Shown: positions 22,015 to 31,401 of the stretch, piece after piece
Layout: each line of letters opens with the position of its first letter
How positions within the stretch are numbered: the first letter of the stretch is position 1
Assembly (NCBI GenBank): GCA_902512325.1
Contig: CABXIT010000002.1
Location: 5,009-69,008 of the forward strand
Reading direction: 5' to 3'
Source: an uncultured Alphaproteobacteria bacterium
GTDB taxonomy: Bacteria; Pseudomonadota; Alphaproteobacteria; HIMB59; GCA-002718135
DNA: 64,000 nt
Notes under the pieces: generated by a model
Databases searched by the model: none
Told to the model about the DNA's origin: nothing
What the model saw: the letters and a program-made list of their open reading frames with translations, nothing else
Made by a program: the position numbers and the translations under genes

Positions 22015-22809
22015 GTGGTAGATCCTAACGATTTAAAAGAAATTTTATATAATATTAGTAAAAAAATTATAGTTCCTAGCTTTGGTAATTTAAAGAGTAA
22101 TCAAATTTCTTACAAAAATGAAAAAGATATTGTTACGGAAATTGATTTTGCAGTTGAGCTAGAATTAAGCATCTTTTTGCCAAAAATACTTAAGAATGCG
22201 AATTTTATAGGAGAAGAGATATATGCCAAAAATCCTTCAATTTTAAAATATTATTTATCAGATAATTTTTGTTGGACTGTAGATCCTATTGATGGGACTA
22301 GTAATTTTGTTAAATCAAAAGATAGATTTGCAGTTATGGTAGCATTAACAAGAAATAAAAAAATCCTTCAATCATTTATTTATAAACCTATAACAGAAGA
22401 ATTTATGTATGCTGATCATACAGCTACTTTTTTAGATAATAAAAAAATAAAGTTAAATAAAAACACAAAAATTACAAACTCTATTGGATCAATAAGTACA
22501 AAATATTGGGATGAAGCTAAAAAAACAAAATTACTAGCTATTAAAGACATGTTTAAGAATATTAATTCATATGGATCTATTGGATGTGAATATTTTGATA
22601 TTGCTTTAGGAAAGAGAGATTTTGCTTTATTATCACGATTACATCCTTGGGATCATATACCGGGAGTATTTATTGTAAGACAAGCAGGAGGTCATGATTG
22701 TCATTTGAATAAAATAGAATATAAATTTTATGAGAATTCCAAAAACCTTTTAGTCAGTAATTCGCAGAAATTAAGTAATGAAATATTAAATTTAATTGGA
22801 GAAAAATAA
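22015..22809 (+). CDS. inositol monophosphatase family protein
   Basis: 264 aa with a GTG start, the metal-binding motif WTVDPIDGTSNF and a later WD..PG block. Confidence 0.75.
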   Translation: MVDPNDLKEILYNISKKIIVPSFGNLKSNQISYKNEKDIVTEIDFAVELELSIFLPKILKNANFIGEEIYAKNPSILKYYLSDNFCWTVDPIDGTSNFVKSKDRFAVMVALTRNKKILQSFIYKPITEEFMYADHTATFLDNKKIKLNKNTKITNSIGSISTKYWDEAKKTKLLAIKDMFKNINSYGSIGCEYFDIALGKRDFALLSRLHPWDHIPGVFIVRQAGGHDCHLNKIEYKFYENSKNLLVSNSQKLSNEILNLIGEK

Positions 22810-22810
22810 T

Positions 22811-23683
22811 ATGAAAACAAAAAATGTTGCTTTTATAGGTCTTGGTGTCATGGGTTATAATATGGCAGGTCATCTTAAAAAAAATAATTTTAATACAACT
22901 GTATATAATCGAACTATTTCAGTAGCTGATAAATGGGTTGATGAATTTTCAGGTATTTCAAAAACAACTCCAGGACAAGCTGCTTCTAATGCTGATATAG
23001 TTTTTATTTGTGTAGGAAGAGACGAAGACTTAATTTCTGTAATGGAAGGTGCTGATGGGATTATTCATAATATAAAGGATAATACTATTATTGTTGATCA
23101 CACAACAGCTTCTGCAGATATTGCTAGAAAATATTATATGAAAGCAACGGAAGGTAATTTTTCTTTTCTTGATGCTCCTGTATCAGGTGGTCAGGCTGGT
23201 GCAGAAAATGGCATTTTATCTGTAATGGTTGGTGGTGATGAAAGTCAATTCAATATAGCAAAGCCAGTCATGAGCGCATATGGAAAGACAATCGAATTAA
23301 TTGGTCCTGCTGGCTCTGGTCAATTGGCAAAAATGATTAATCAAATCTGCATTGCTGGTCTTGTACAAGGCTTATCAGAAGCAATGGCCTTTGGAAAAAA
23401 AGCTAATCTTGATATGGAGAAAGTTTTACAAGTCATATCAAAAGGTGCAGCTCAATCATGGCAAATGGAAAATCGTTATAAAACAATGCTAAAAGGTGAA
23501 TATGAATTTGGTTTTGCAGTTGATTGGATGCGCAAAGATTTATCTATTTGTTTTAATGAAGCTGAAACAAATGGCGCATCACTTCCTGTAACTAAGATAA
23601 TTGATAAATATTATGAAGATGTTCAAAAAAATGGAGGATCAAGATACGATACTTCATCTCTTATGACTTTAGTTGATGATTAA
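22811..23683 (+). CDS. NAD(P)-dependent beta-hydroxyacid dehydrogenase (3-hydroxyisobutyrate dehydrogenase family)
   Basis: Has the Rossmann motif FIGLGVMGYNMAGHL and DAPVSGG. The ORF track starts at a TTG at 22796. The ATG at 22811, 2 nt after the upstream stop, is preferred. Confidence 0.8.
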   Translation: MKTKNVAFIGLGVMGYNMAGHLKKNNFNTTVYNRTISVADKWVDEFSGISKTTPGQAASNADIVFICVGRDEDLISVMEGADGIIHNIKDNTIIVDHTTASADIARKYYMKATEGNFSFLDAPVSGGQAGAENGILSVMVGGDESQFNIAKPVMSAYGKTIELIGPAGSGQLAKMINQICIAGLVQGLSEAMAFGKKANLDMEKVLQVISKGAAQSWQMENRYKTMLKGEYEFGFAVDWMRKDLSICFNEAETNGASLPVTKIIDKYYEDVQKNGGSRYDTSSLMTLVDD

Positions 23684-24581
23684 GACAAAAAGTATTTATT
23701 TTGCTTTTATAATATTAATAGCCTCTTCTTTATTTTGGTCGGGTAATTTTTTTACTGGTAAAATTGCTTCACTGTATGATCTGACTCCTTTTAAATTAAG
23801 TTTTTTAAGATGGTCTTTAGCTTTTTTATTATTAATGCCGTTTACTTATAGAAAAATAGCTGAGGATTTTGATAAATACAAAAAGAATCTTCCATATATT
23901 TTAATTACTTCTATCCTTGGTGTAACTATATTTAATTCATTTACTTACTTATCACTTCAAACTTCAATGGTTATAAATTCTTCAATTATGGCATCTATAA
24001 CACCATTACTAATAATACTTTTTTCATGGTTAATATTTAAAACTCAAACATATTTCATGCAGTTTTTTGGTATAATATTATCAATTATTGGAGTATTATT
24101 AATTATTTCAAAAGCAAACCTCACTAATCTAATTGATTTAAATTTTACAACTGGTGATTTGTGGATGCTAGCAGCAGTTTTTTCATGGGGGCTTTATTCT
24201 GTTCTATTAAAAAAAATTGATAGTTCTTTATCGCAACTTGCAACTTTAGAAGTAATGATATTTTTTGGTTTGATTTTTATATTCCCGTTCTACTTATTAG
24301 AGTCTCTAAATAATTCTTTTTTACCTAAAGATACAAATGAAATATTAATGATTAGTTATGTTGCAATATTTGCAAGTATAACATCTTTTTTTGCTTGGAA
24401 TAAGGGTGTTGCCATTTTAGGTGCAAATAAAGCTAGTTTATTTTTGCATCTAATACCTGTTTTTAGCTCTTTGTGGGCTATACTTTTTTTAGGTGAAAAT
24501 TTTTCTTTCTTTCATTTTTTGGGAACAATTTTTATTGTTTTAGGAATTGTTTTATCTAATATAAATAAAAAAACATTATGA
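23676..24581 (+). CDS. DMT superfamily (EamA-like) transporter
   Basis: About 300 aa with ~10 predicted TM helices arranged as two EamA-like halves. Confidence 0.78.
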   Translation: MIKTKSIYFAFIILIASSLFWSGNFFTGKIASLYDLTPFKLSFLRWSLAFLLLMPFTYRKIAEDFDKYKKNLPYILITSILGVTIFNSFTYLSLQTSMVINSSIMASITPLLIILFSWLIFKTQTYFMQFFGIILSIIGVLLIISKANLTNLIDLNFTTGDLWMLAAVFSWGLYSVLLKKIDSSLSQLATLEVMIFFGLIFIFPFYLLESLNNSFLPKDTNEILMISYVAIFASITSFFAWNKGVAILGANKASLFLHLIPVFSSLWAILFLGENFSFFHFLGTIFIVLGIVLSNINKKTL

Positions 24582-24973
24582 ATAAAATTATTAAGTCAGA
24601 TCAAGAATGGCATGAAATACTCTCTGAAGAAGAGTATTATGTCACAAGACAGAAGGGTACTGAGCCAGCCTTTTCTGGGAAGGCTTTTGATATTTCTAAA
24701 GATGGAGTGTTTAAATGCAGATGTTGCGGAGTGCAATTATTTGAGAGAACATCTAAGTATGAATCGGGTTGTGGTTGGCCTAGTTTTTTTAAAGGGATTT
24801 CCAATGATGCGATTAAAACTAAACAAGATACTTCTCATGGAATGATCAGAACAGAAATAATGTGTTCTACTTGTAACGCACATTTAGGTCATGTATTTGA
24901 TGATGGCCCAGAACCAACAGGTCTACGTTACTGCGTAAACTCTCTATCTATTCAATATAAGGAATTTGAATAA
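24578..24973 (+). CDS. msrB: peptide-methionine (R)-S-oxide reductase
   Basis: 131 aa with CxxC pairs (CRCC...; CSTC), GWPSF and catalytic RYCVNS. Confidence 0.93.
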   Translation: MNKIIKSDQEWHEILSEEEYYVTRQKGTEPAFSGKAFDISKDGVFKCRCCGVQLFERTSKYESGCGWPSFFKGISNDAIKTKQDTSHGMIRTEIMCSTCNAHLGHVFDDGPEPTGLRYCVNSLSIQYKEFE

Positions 24974-24976
24974 AGC

Positions 24977-25204
24977 CTAATTTGGATTTTGTTTTAAAAA
25001 ATCTAAATATCTAACAACTTCATCAAAATTTTCATCTGGAATATCTTTATATGTCATTTTAAAATGTGTTTTAATCTCTAGTGCTACATGAGCATAAGGA
25101 TTACGCCCTTTTGGGTGATTAGGATGATTAGGAAGTTTTCCTAACAAGTCATCACCAGCTGCTTGTATTAGTTTCCAGAGTTTACTTGCGTTTTCTTTAT
25201 TCAA
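24977..25204 (-). CDS. small hypothetical protein, co-oriented 2 nt downstream of pepC
   Basis: A 75-aa ORF in the tight pepC-ORF arrangement. The segment YAHVALEIKTHFKMTYKDIPDENFDEVVRYLDFL loosely recalls C-terminal modules of phage antirepressor-like proteins, from memory only. Confidence 0.4.
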   Translation of the reverse strand: MNKENASKLWKLIQAAGDDLLGKLPNHPNHPKGRNPYAHVALEIKTHFKMTYKDIPDENFDEVVRYLDFLKQNPN

Positions 25205-25206
25205 AT

Positions 25207-26529
25207 TTATTTAGCTAATGCACCCATTGGATCCCAAGGAGCAAGAGTTATAGGTTCTAAATCAAGATATTTAAATATTTTTTTTCTAAGATATTTTTTG
25301 TCAACAACTACTTCGTAAGTATATTCATCAAACCATTCATCTGTCATCATCATATATCCTTTATTACCACTCTTTGTTCCCCAACTGTTTTCAATTTTCC
25401 ATTTCGTAGAATTACGTTTTTTAACATCTACACCAGTTAATAACATGGCATGTGTCATTTCACTATCCCCATACTCTAGTCTAGTTTGTTTATTCATTTT
25501 AAATGAAGTTTGAAAAACGTTTTCATAATCAAAAATACCCATATCAAGAACTCCCATATCTCGACTAAATCTTTTTCCAACATCACAACCAAACCATACT
25601 GCTTCATTATTTTTAATTGATTGCATCGCTGATTTTTTAAGTTCATCTATATTAATGTTTAGATATTTTATTTTCTGACCTTCAATAACATTACCCAAAT
25701 ATTCAACTGTGTATGTTTTATTGAATTTTTTGTTACTCATTGGTGCATGAATTAAGCAAACTTTATCTTTAATATTTATATCAGCATATTTTTTACAAAA
25801 TTCTTTAGGTGATATATTTGCAATTGTTATATATTTATTATCTTTGTCTCTGGATGACCAATTAACCATCGCTGGTGGCTGGCCTAAAAACATAGCTAAT
25901 AAATTATAAATAATTTCTATCATTTCTTTTTTAAGCTTTTCAGATTGCTTCGCAGGTTTTTTTCTTAAAATGGAAGCAAACTCTCGTAGTTTATGTGTTA
26001 AGATGTAATTCATTGCCATTGATTTACTACTATGGTTGGTTTCTGGCATAATATCTTTTGGAACTGCACCATATTTCTCTATGAGGTTAACAAACATGTC
26101 CCATTGACCTCCATCTTGAACAGGATCTTTGACAAGATGCATTATTAATCTGCTTTCGTAAGCATGATCTCTTGTTTTAATGATATTTTCTAAAAAGTAA
26201 TTTGCTTTTTCTAATTTGTCCCAAAACATAAAATAGTTTTGAGAAAATTCAAAATTAGTTAAACCTAATTTTTTAACTACTTCAAGCCGCATTAAATTTA
26301 AGCCTGCAAAACCCCAACATCTACCTGATGACATTTGATTAGTTGCTGGTAATTCTTTTTCAATTAAATGAGAAAAATGGTGATTAATTTGACTAAAATT
26401 TTCCCAGTTTAATGCAACTGTATTTAAGTCGTTTTTTATTAAAGCATTGCGTGATACTGTATTTTTATTATTTCTAAGAAATTTATTTTTGTATTTTTTA
26501 ACGTCGTTTAGAGATATATTTTTAGGCAT
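25207..26529 (-). CDS. pepC: aminopeptidase C / bleomycin hydrolase family (C1B cysteine peptidase)
   Basis: 440 aa with catalytic Cys in QMSSGRCWGFAG, His in THAMLLTG, Asn in ENSWG, and the family-typical extreme C-terminus WDPMGALAK. Confidence 0.88.
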   Translation of the reverse strand: MPKNISLNDVKKYKNKFLRNNKNTVSRNALIKNDLNTVALNWENFSQINHHFSHLIEKELPATNQMSSGRCWGFAGLNLMRLEVVKKLGLTNFEFSQNYFMFWDKLEKANYFLENIIKTRDHAYESRLIMHLVKDPVQDGGQWDMFVNLIEKYGAVPKDIMPETNHSSKSMAMNYILTHKLREFASILRKKPAKQSEKLKKEMIEIIYNLLAMFLGQPPAMVNWSSRDKDNKYITIANISPKEFCKKYADINIKDKVCLIHAPMSNKKFNKTYTVEYLGNVIEGQKIKYLNINIDELKKSAMQSIKNNEAVWFGCDVGKRFSRDMGVLDMGIFDYENVFQTSFKMNKQTRLEYGDSEMTHAMLLTGVDVKKRNSTKWKIENSWGTKSGNKGYMMMTDEWFDEYTYEVVVDKKYLRKKIFKYLDLEPITLAPWDPMGALAK

Positions 26530-26570
26530 AATATGTATTTAAGACTATTTTAATTTAAATCAATTTGATT

Positions 26571-29084
26571 CTATTTTTTCTTTTTTTTTAAACCCATTTT
26601 TAGTTTTCTATCATCAATTAATTTTATTGTATCTTCTAAGCTTAGACTATCAATTGTTTGATTGCCAAGAAGTGAGGCATTAATTTTCCCACATTTTACA
26701 TAAGGTCCATACTTGCCATCATGGGCTGTGATATTCTTTTTTTCTGTCGGATGCTCTCCAAAACTTTTAAGTGTAGCATTACCTCTTTGTGTAGGTTTGG
26801 CAATTAATTCAAGTGCTCTTTCTAATTCTATATCCAAAATATTGTCTGTTTTCTCTAAGGCTTTATATTTTTTATCATGAAGAATGTAAGGTCCATACAT
26901 ACCAATACCGGCACTTACTGTTTTATTATTCTCTGGATGAAATCCTAGTTTCCTTGGTAACCCTAATAATTGTATAGCTGTATTCAAACCTATTTCATCT
27001 GGTTCAAAATTTTTTGGGATTGATACTCTTTTAGGTTTTTTTTCAGATGTTCCCTCACCTACTTGCATATAAAAACCATACGGACCTTTTCTAAGAGTAA
27101 TCATTTCATTAGTTTCAGGATAAATGCCAATTTCTTTAGGACCACTTAAAGATGCTCCATCTTTGTCATTTAATTGATTAAATTGAACAGTGTATTTACA
27201 ATCAGGGTAATTAGAGCAACCCACAAATCCTCCAAACTTTCCAACCTTAATGCCTAGCCTACCATTCTCACAAGTTGGGCATTTTCTACTCTCATCCTTC
27301 CCTTCTGGAGGAAAGAAATGAGCACCTAATGCATCATCTAGTACATCAATAACCTCCCTATTTGATTTGCCGACAGTGTCATCACATAGTTTTTTAAAAG
27401 TCTCCCAGAATTTACTTAAAACTTCTTTCCAATCTAATTTTCCATCAGAAATCTCATCCAATTGATTTTCTAGATCTGCAGTGAAGTCATATTCTACATA
27501 TTGGTTAAAATATTTTTCTAGAAATATAGATACAATACGACCTCTATCATGAGGATTAAATCGTTTCTTATCTAAAACGACATAGTCCCTATCTTGTAAA
27601 ACTTTAATAATTGAAGCATATGTTGATGGCCTGCCAATTCCTAATTCTTCTAATTTTTTTACTAAACTTGCTTCAGTGTAGCGAGGGGGAGGCATTGTAA
27701 AATGTTGATTTTTATTTACTTCCTTTAGATCCAATTGTTCCCCTTCATTAATTGCAGGAAGTATTGTTTCTTTTTCTTCATCTTTATCATCATCCTTTGC
27801 TTCTTGATAAACCTTATACATACCTGAAAATTTTATAGTTGAGCCATTTGCTCGCAAACTGATTTGTTGATCTTCAGTCATTATGTCAACTGCTACTTGA
27901 TCTAAAATGGCACTAGACATTTGCGAAGAAACTGCTCTTTGCCAAATTATTTCATACAATTTAAACTCTTCTCCTGTGATGTATTGCTTAATATCTTTTG
28001 GAGTTAAGTTAATATTAGTTGGCCTTATACATTCATGGGCTTCTTGCGCATTTTTTGCTTTAGATTTATAAACCCTAGGGGTATCCGGAAGATATTCAGC
28101 TCCATAGTTTTCACTTACAAAACTCCGGACTTGATTAATAGCTTCACTAGACATTATTACGCTATCTGTTCTCATATAAGTAATTAAACCTGTGGTATCA
28201 CCATTGATTTCAGTACCTTCATAAAGTCTCTGTGCAGTACGCATTGTTTGGCTAGCACTTAGGCCTAATTTACGACTTGACTCAATTTGCATCGTAGAAG
28301 TTGTAAAAGCAGGGTAAGGGTTTCTTTTTGCTTCTTTTTTTGTAATATTATCAACTTTAAATTTTGAATTTTTAATCGTTTCATAAATATTAGTAGCTTG
28401 TTTTTCGTTTTTAATATCAAGCTTATCAATTTTATTTCCATCAAATATAGTTAAACGAGCATTGATGTCTTTTTTATCTTTATTTAAAAAATTACCTTTG
28501 ATAGACCAATACTCTTCAGGATCAAATTTCTCTATTTCTAATTCTCTTTCACTAATTATTCTTAATGCTACAGATTGAACTCTGCCTGCAGACTTTGAGC
28601 CAGGCAACTTTCTCCAGAGTACTGGTGAGAGAGTAAAACCAACTAAAAAATCCAAAGCTCGTCTAGCTAAATAAGCATTAACTAAATTCTCATCTATTTT
28701 ACGTGGTTCTTTAAGACTTTCTAAAACAGCATTTTTAGTAATTTCATTAAAAGTCACGCGGTGAATATTTAATTTAGATAAGGTCCTATTATCTCTTAAA
28801 AGTTTCTCAACATGCCAAGCAATGGCTTCCCCCTCACGATCGGGGTCAGTGGCTAAATAAAGATTTTCTGAATTTTTTGCTGCATCAATTATTTCTTTAA
28901 TAACTTTTTTCCCTCTATCACTAGTCTCCCATTTCATTTGAAAATCATTTTCAGTGTCAATCGCATCATTTTTTGCTGACAAATCTCTGACATGTCCTAC
29001 GCTAGCTAGAACTTTAAAGTTAGAACCTAAATATTTATTAATAGATTTTGCTTTTGATGGGGACTCTACAATTAAAACATTCAT
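26571..29084 (-). CDS. topA: DNA topoisomerase I
   Basis: 837 aa with a TOPRIM N-terminus (MNVLIVESPSKAK, ATDPDREGEAIAWH), active-site TYMRTDS and a C-terminal zinc-ribbon (CPTCENG...C..YPDC). Confidence 0.96.
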   Translation of the reverse strand: MNVLIVESPSKAKSINKYLGSNFKVLASVGHVRDLSAKNDAIDTENDFQMKWETSDRGKKVIKEIIDAAKNSENLYLATDPDREGEAIAWHVEKLLRDNRTLSKLNIHRVTFNEITKNAVLESLKEPRKIDENLVNAYLARRALDFLVGFTLSPVLWRKLPGSKSAGRVQSVALRIISERELEIEKFDPEEYWSIKGNFLNKDKKDINARLTIFDGNKIDKLDIKNEKQATNIYETIKNSKFKVDNITKKEAKRNPYPAFTTSTMQIESSRKLGLSASQTMRTAQRLYEGTEINGDTTGLITYMRTDSVIMSSEAINQVRSFVSENYGAEYLPDTPRVYKSKAKNAQEAHECIRPTNINLTPKDIKQYITGEEFKLYEIIWQRAVSSQMSSAILDQVAVDIMTEDQQISLRANGSTIKFSGMYKVYQEAKDDDKDEEKETILPAINEGEQLDLKEVNKNQHFTMPPPRYTEASLVKKLEELGIGRPSTYASIIKVLQDRDYVVLDKKRFNPHDRGRIVSIFLEKYFNQYVEYDFTADLENQLDEISDGKLDWKEVLSKFWETFKKLCDDTVGKSNREVIDVLDDALGAHFFPPEGKDESRKCPTCENGRLGIKVGKFGGFVGCSNYPDCKYTVQFNQLNDKDGASLSGPKEIGIYPETNEMITLRKGPYGFYMQVGEGTSEKKPKRVSIPKNFEPDEIGLNTAIQLLGLPRKLGFHPENNKTVSAGIGMYGPYILHDKKYKALEKTDNILDIELERALELIAKPTQRGNATLKSFGEHPTEKKNITAHDGKYGPYVKCGKINASLLGNQTIDSLSLEDTIKLIDDRKLKMGLKKKKK

Positions 29085-29149
29085 AAAAATTTAGTCCAAA
29101 TTTCAGTTTAAACTTACTTCGTCAAGAATTTTTTAAAAAACGTAGAATT

Positions 29150-29752
29150 CTACTTAGATAATTTTATTTTATTTTCTGTTCTTTTTATCAATCTTTTTAT
29201 ATTTTCACGGTGTTTAAGTATAATTATTAAAAATAAATATAATAAAAAAATACTAATATAGTTATTAAAATTGATGAAAAAATAAATTGGAGCAATTAAT
29301 GTTGCAACTATAGAACTTAAAGAAGAATATCTTGAAATCAAAGCAATAACCGTCCAGACAATAATAAAAGATAATCCTAAGAATAAATTAATTCCAAATA
29401 AAAAACCAATATATGTTGCTATACCTTTCCCACCTTTAAATTTTAACCAAACAGGAAAAATATGACCAAGAATAGCAAAGTGACATAAAAGAATTGCATG
29501 TAATAATCCAATATTATCAAAAAATGAATTTAGTAGAAGGAATGGTATTAATCCTTTTAAAACATCCAAACACAATACTCCAAAAGCAAGATATTTATTT
29601 CCAGTACGAAGAACGTTAGTAGCCCCAACATTTCCTGAGCCAATATTTCTTATATCTCCGAGACCAAATAATTTTGGAAGTATCAGTGCAAAAGGGACGG
29701 AGCCCATAAGATAAAAAATAATTATAAAAATAAAATTAATACTTAAGGACAT
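29150..29752 (-). CDS. plsY: glycerol-3-phosphate acyltransferase PlsY
   Basis: 200 aa and polytopic, with GSGNVGATNVLR and KGGKGIAT motifs. Confidence 0.92.
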   Translation of the reverse strand: MSLSINFIFIIIFYLMGSVPFALILPKLFGLGDIRNIGSGNVGATNVLRTGNKYLAFGVLCLDVLKGLIPFLLLNSFFDNIGLLHAILLCHFAILGHIFPVWLKFKGGKGIATYIGFLFGINLFLGLSFIIVWTVIALISRYSSLSSIVATLIAPIYFFINFNNYISIFLLYLFLIIILKHRENIKRLIKRTENKIKLSK

Positions 29753-30887
29753 TATCTCTATTTTTAATTAATATATCTAAGCAAGCCATTCTTATAGCTA
29801 CCCCCATTGCAACCTGCTCTTGAATTAAACTCCTGGTAACATCATCGGCTAGTTTAGAGTCTATTTCAACACCTCTATTCATAGGACCTGGATGCATCAC
29901 AAAGGCATTTTTTTTAGCATATTTTAATTTATTGTAATCTAATCCATATTTATTAAAATAAATATTTTGATTTGGAATGATTTTTCCAACAATTCTTTCT
30001 TTTTGGATTCTAAGCATCATCACAATATCACAATCTTTAAGACCTTTTTTCATATCAGTAAAAACTGTAACAGGAAGTTTCTTGATATTTTTTGGTAGCC
30101 ACTCTTTAGGTCCAATTACATTTATTTTAGCACCAAGTTTTGATAAAATTATAATATTTGATCTGGCAACACGACTATGCAGAATATCGCCACATATTGC
30201 AATTTGTAATTTTGAAAAATTTTTAAATCTATTTTTTATAGTTAGAGCATCCAATAAAGCTTGGGTGGGATGTTCATGACTTCCGTCTCCAGCATTAATG
30301 ACACAAGCATCAACGTTAATAGAAATTCTTTTGCTTATACCTTCTTCAGGATGTCTAACTATTAAAACATCAGGGTTCAATGAATTAATAGTTGTCATGG
30401 TATCTAGCAGAGTTTCACCTTTATTTATGGAACTATCCTTTACAGCAACATTTATTAGATCAGCCCCTAATCTTTTAGCGGCAACTTCAAAACTTGTTCG
30501 AGTTCTTGTTGAGTCTTCAAAAAATAAATTAAAAATAGTCCTTCCTTCAAGTATATTGTTTTTTTTAATTCTTTTTTTATTAAAACTAATAAATTTTCTT
30601 GCTTCATTTAAAAAAAATTCTATTTCTTTCTTATTTAGATCCGTAGTTTCAACTAAATGAATTTTTTTGTATATGTTTTTTGATCTCTTGTTTATTTGAA
30701 ATTTATTTTCTATACTTAATGACGAAAAATACTTAAGTGCTATTTTTTCTGATTCTTTTAAAATTTTTGAGCCTGTTGATGAACGTATAGCCTTTTGCTT
30801 TGGCAATTTAATTTTCATTTGCCAATATTTAGAGTTTTCTCTTTTATATAATTTAATATGACCTGATTCTAAAAATTTGGAATTCAT
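29736..30887 (-). CDS. pyrB: aspartate carbamoyltransferase catalytic chain with ~75-aa N-terminal extension
   Basis: 383 aa. The ATCase core has STRTRTSFE, HPTQALLD and HPGPMNRG motifs. The core would normally begin near KKIHLVETTDL, but no ATG/GTG/TTG exists there. The only canonical starts are at 30887 (MNSKF) or the internal M of YWQMKIK. Confidence 0.85.
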   Translation of the reverse strand: MNSKFLESGHIKLYKRENSKYWQMKIKLPKQKAIRSSTGSKILKESEKIALKYFSSLSIENKFQINKRSKNIYKKIHLVETTDLNKKEIEFFLNEARKFISFNKKRIKKNNILEGRTIFNLFFEDSTRTRTSFEVAAKRLGADLINVAVKDSSINKGETLLDTMTTINSLNPDVLIVRHPEEGISKRISINVDACVINAGDGSHEHPTQALLDALTIKNRFKNFSKLQIAICGDILHSRVARSNIIILSKLGAKINVIGPKEWLPKNIKKLPVTVFTDMKKGLKDCDIVMMLRIQKERIVGKIIPNQNIYFNKYGLDYNKLKYAKKNAFVMHPGPMNRGVEIDSKLADDVTRSLIQEQVAMGVAIRMACLDILIKNRDNVLKY

Positions 30888-30922
30888 ATGTGCTAATATT
30901 GTGCTAATATGTGTAAACTAAT

Positions 30923-31396
30923 TTAAATACTATTTCTATAATTATCTAAATATCCTTGTAATATATAAGCTGCAGATTGTTGATCTAGCTTTTTTTTAAT
31001 CTTTGTAGAGCTAAAATCAGATCTTCTCATTTCTTTAAATATAATATCAGATGAATATCTTTCATCCCAAAATTCAACGGGCGATGAAAAAAATAATTGC
31101 AATTGATTGCAAAATTTTCTTATTTTATTTGTTTGCTCATTTTCATTACCATCTAAACTTAAAGGTAATCCAACTATAAATCCCCCAATTTCATATTCAT
31201 TCAAATATACCTTAATTGTAGATAAGTCCTTATTTGTCCCTTTTCTGTTAACAGTATTAATGGGTGTAGCAATCGTAAAAGATCTATCAGATACAGCAAT
31301 TCCAATTGTTTTGTAACCTACATCTAGACCTACTAGAATTTGTGATGTAAGAAGTCGATCAATTAAATTGTTAGGTTTTTCAATCACTGGAGACAT
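30923..31396 (-). CDS. ruvX: Holliday junction resolvase-like protein RuvX (YqgF)
   Basis: Carries LVGLDVGYKTIGIAVSD, the RNase H-fold acidic motif. The start is trimmed to the ATG at 31396 (MSPVIEK...), because the longer track ORF would overlap gatC. Confidence 0.8.
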   Translation of the reverse strand: MSPVIEKPNNLIDRLLTSQILVGLDVGYKTIGIAVSDRSFTIATPINTVNRKGTNKDLSTIKVYLNEYEIGGFIVGLPLSLDGNENEQTNKIRKFCNQLQLFFSSPVEFWDERYSSDIIFKEMRRSDFSSTKIKKKLDQQSAAYILQGYLDNYRNSI

Positions 31397-31401
31397 ATAA
31401 A

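Noticed and set aside
29142-29153. 12-bp palindrome GTAGAATTCTAC at the plsY stop
   Set aside because: It is a short, loop-less palindrome with no flanking U-run and is compatible with chance.
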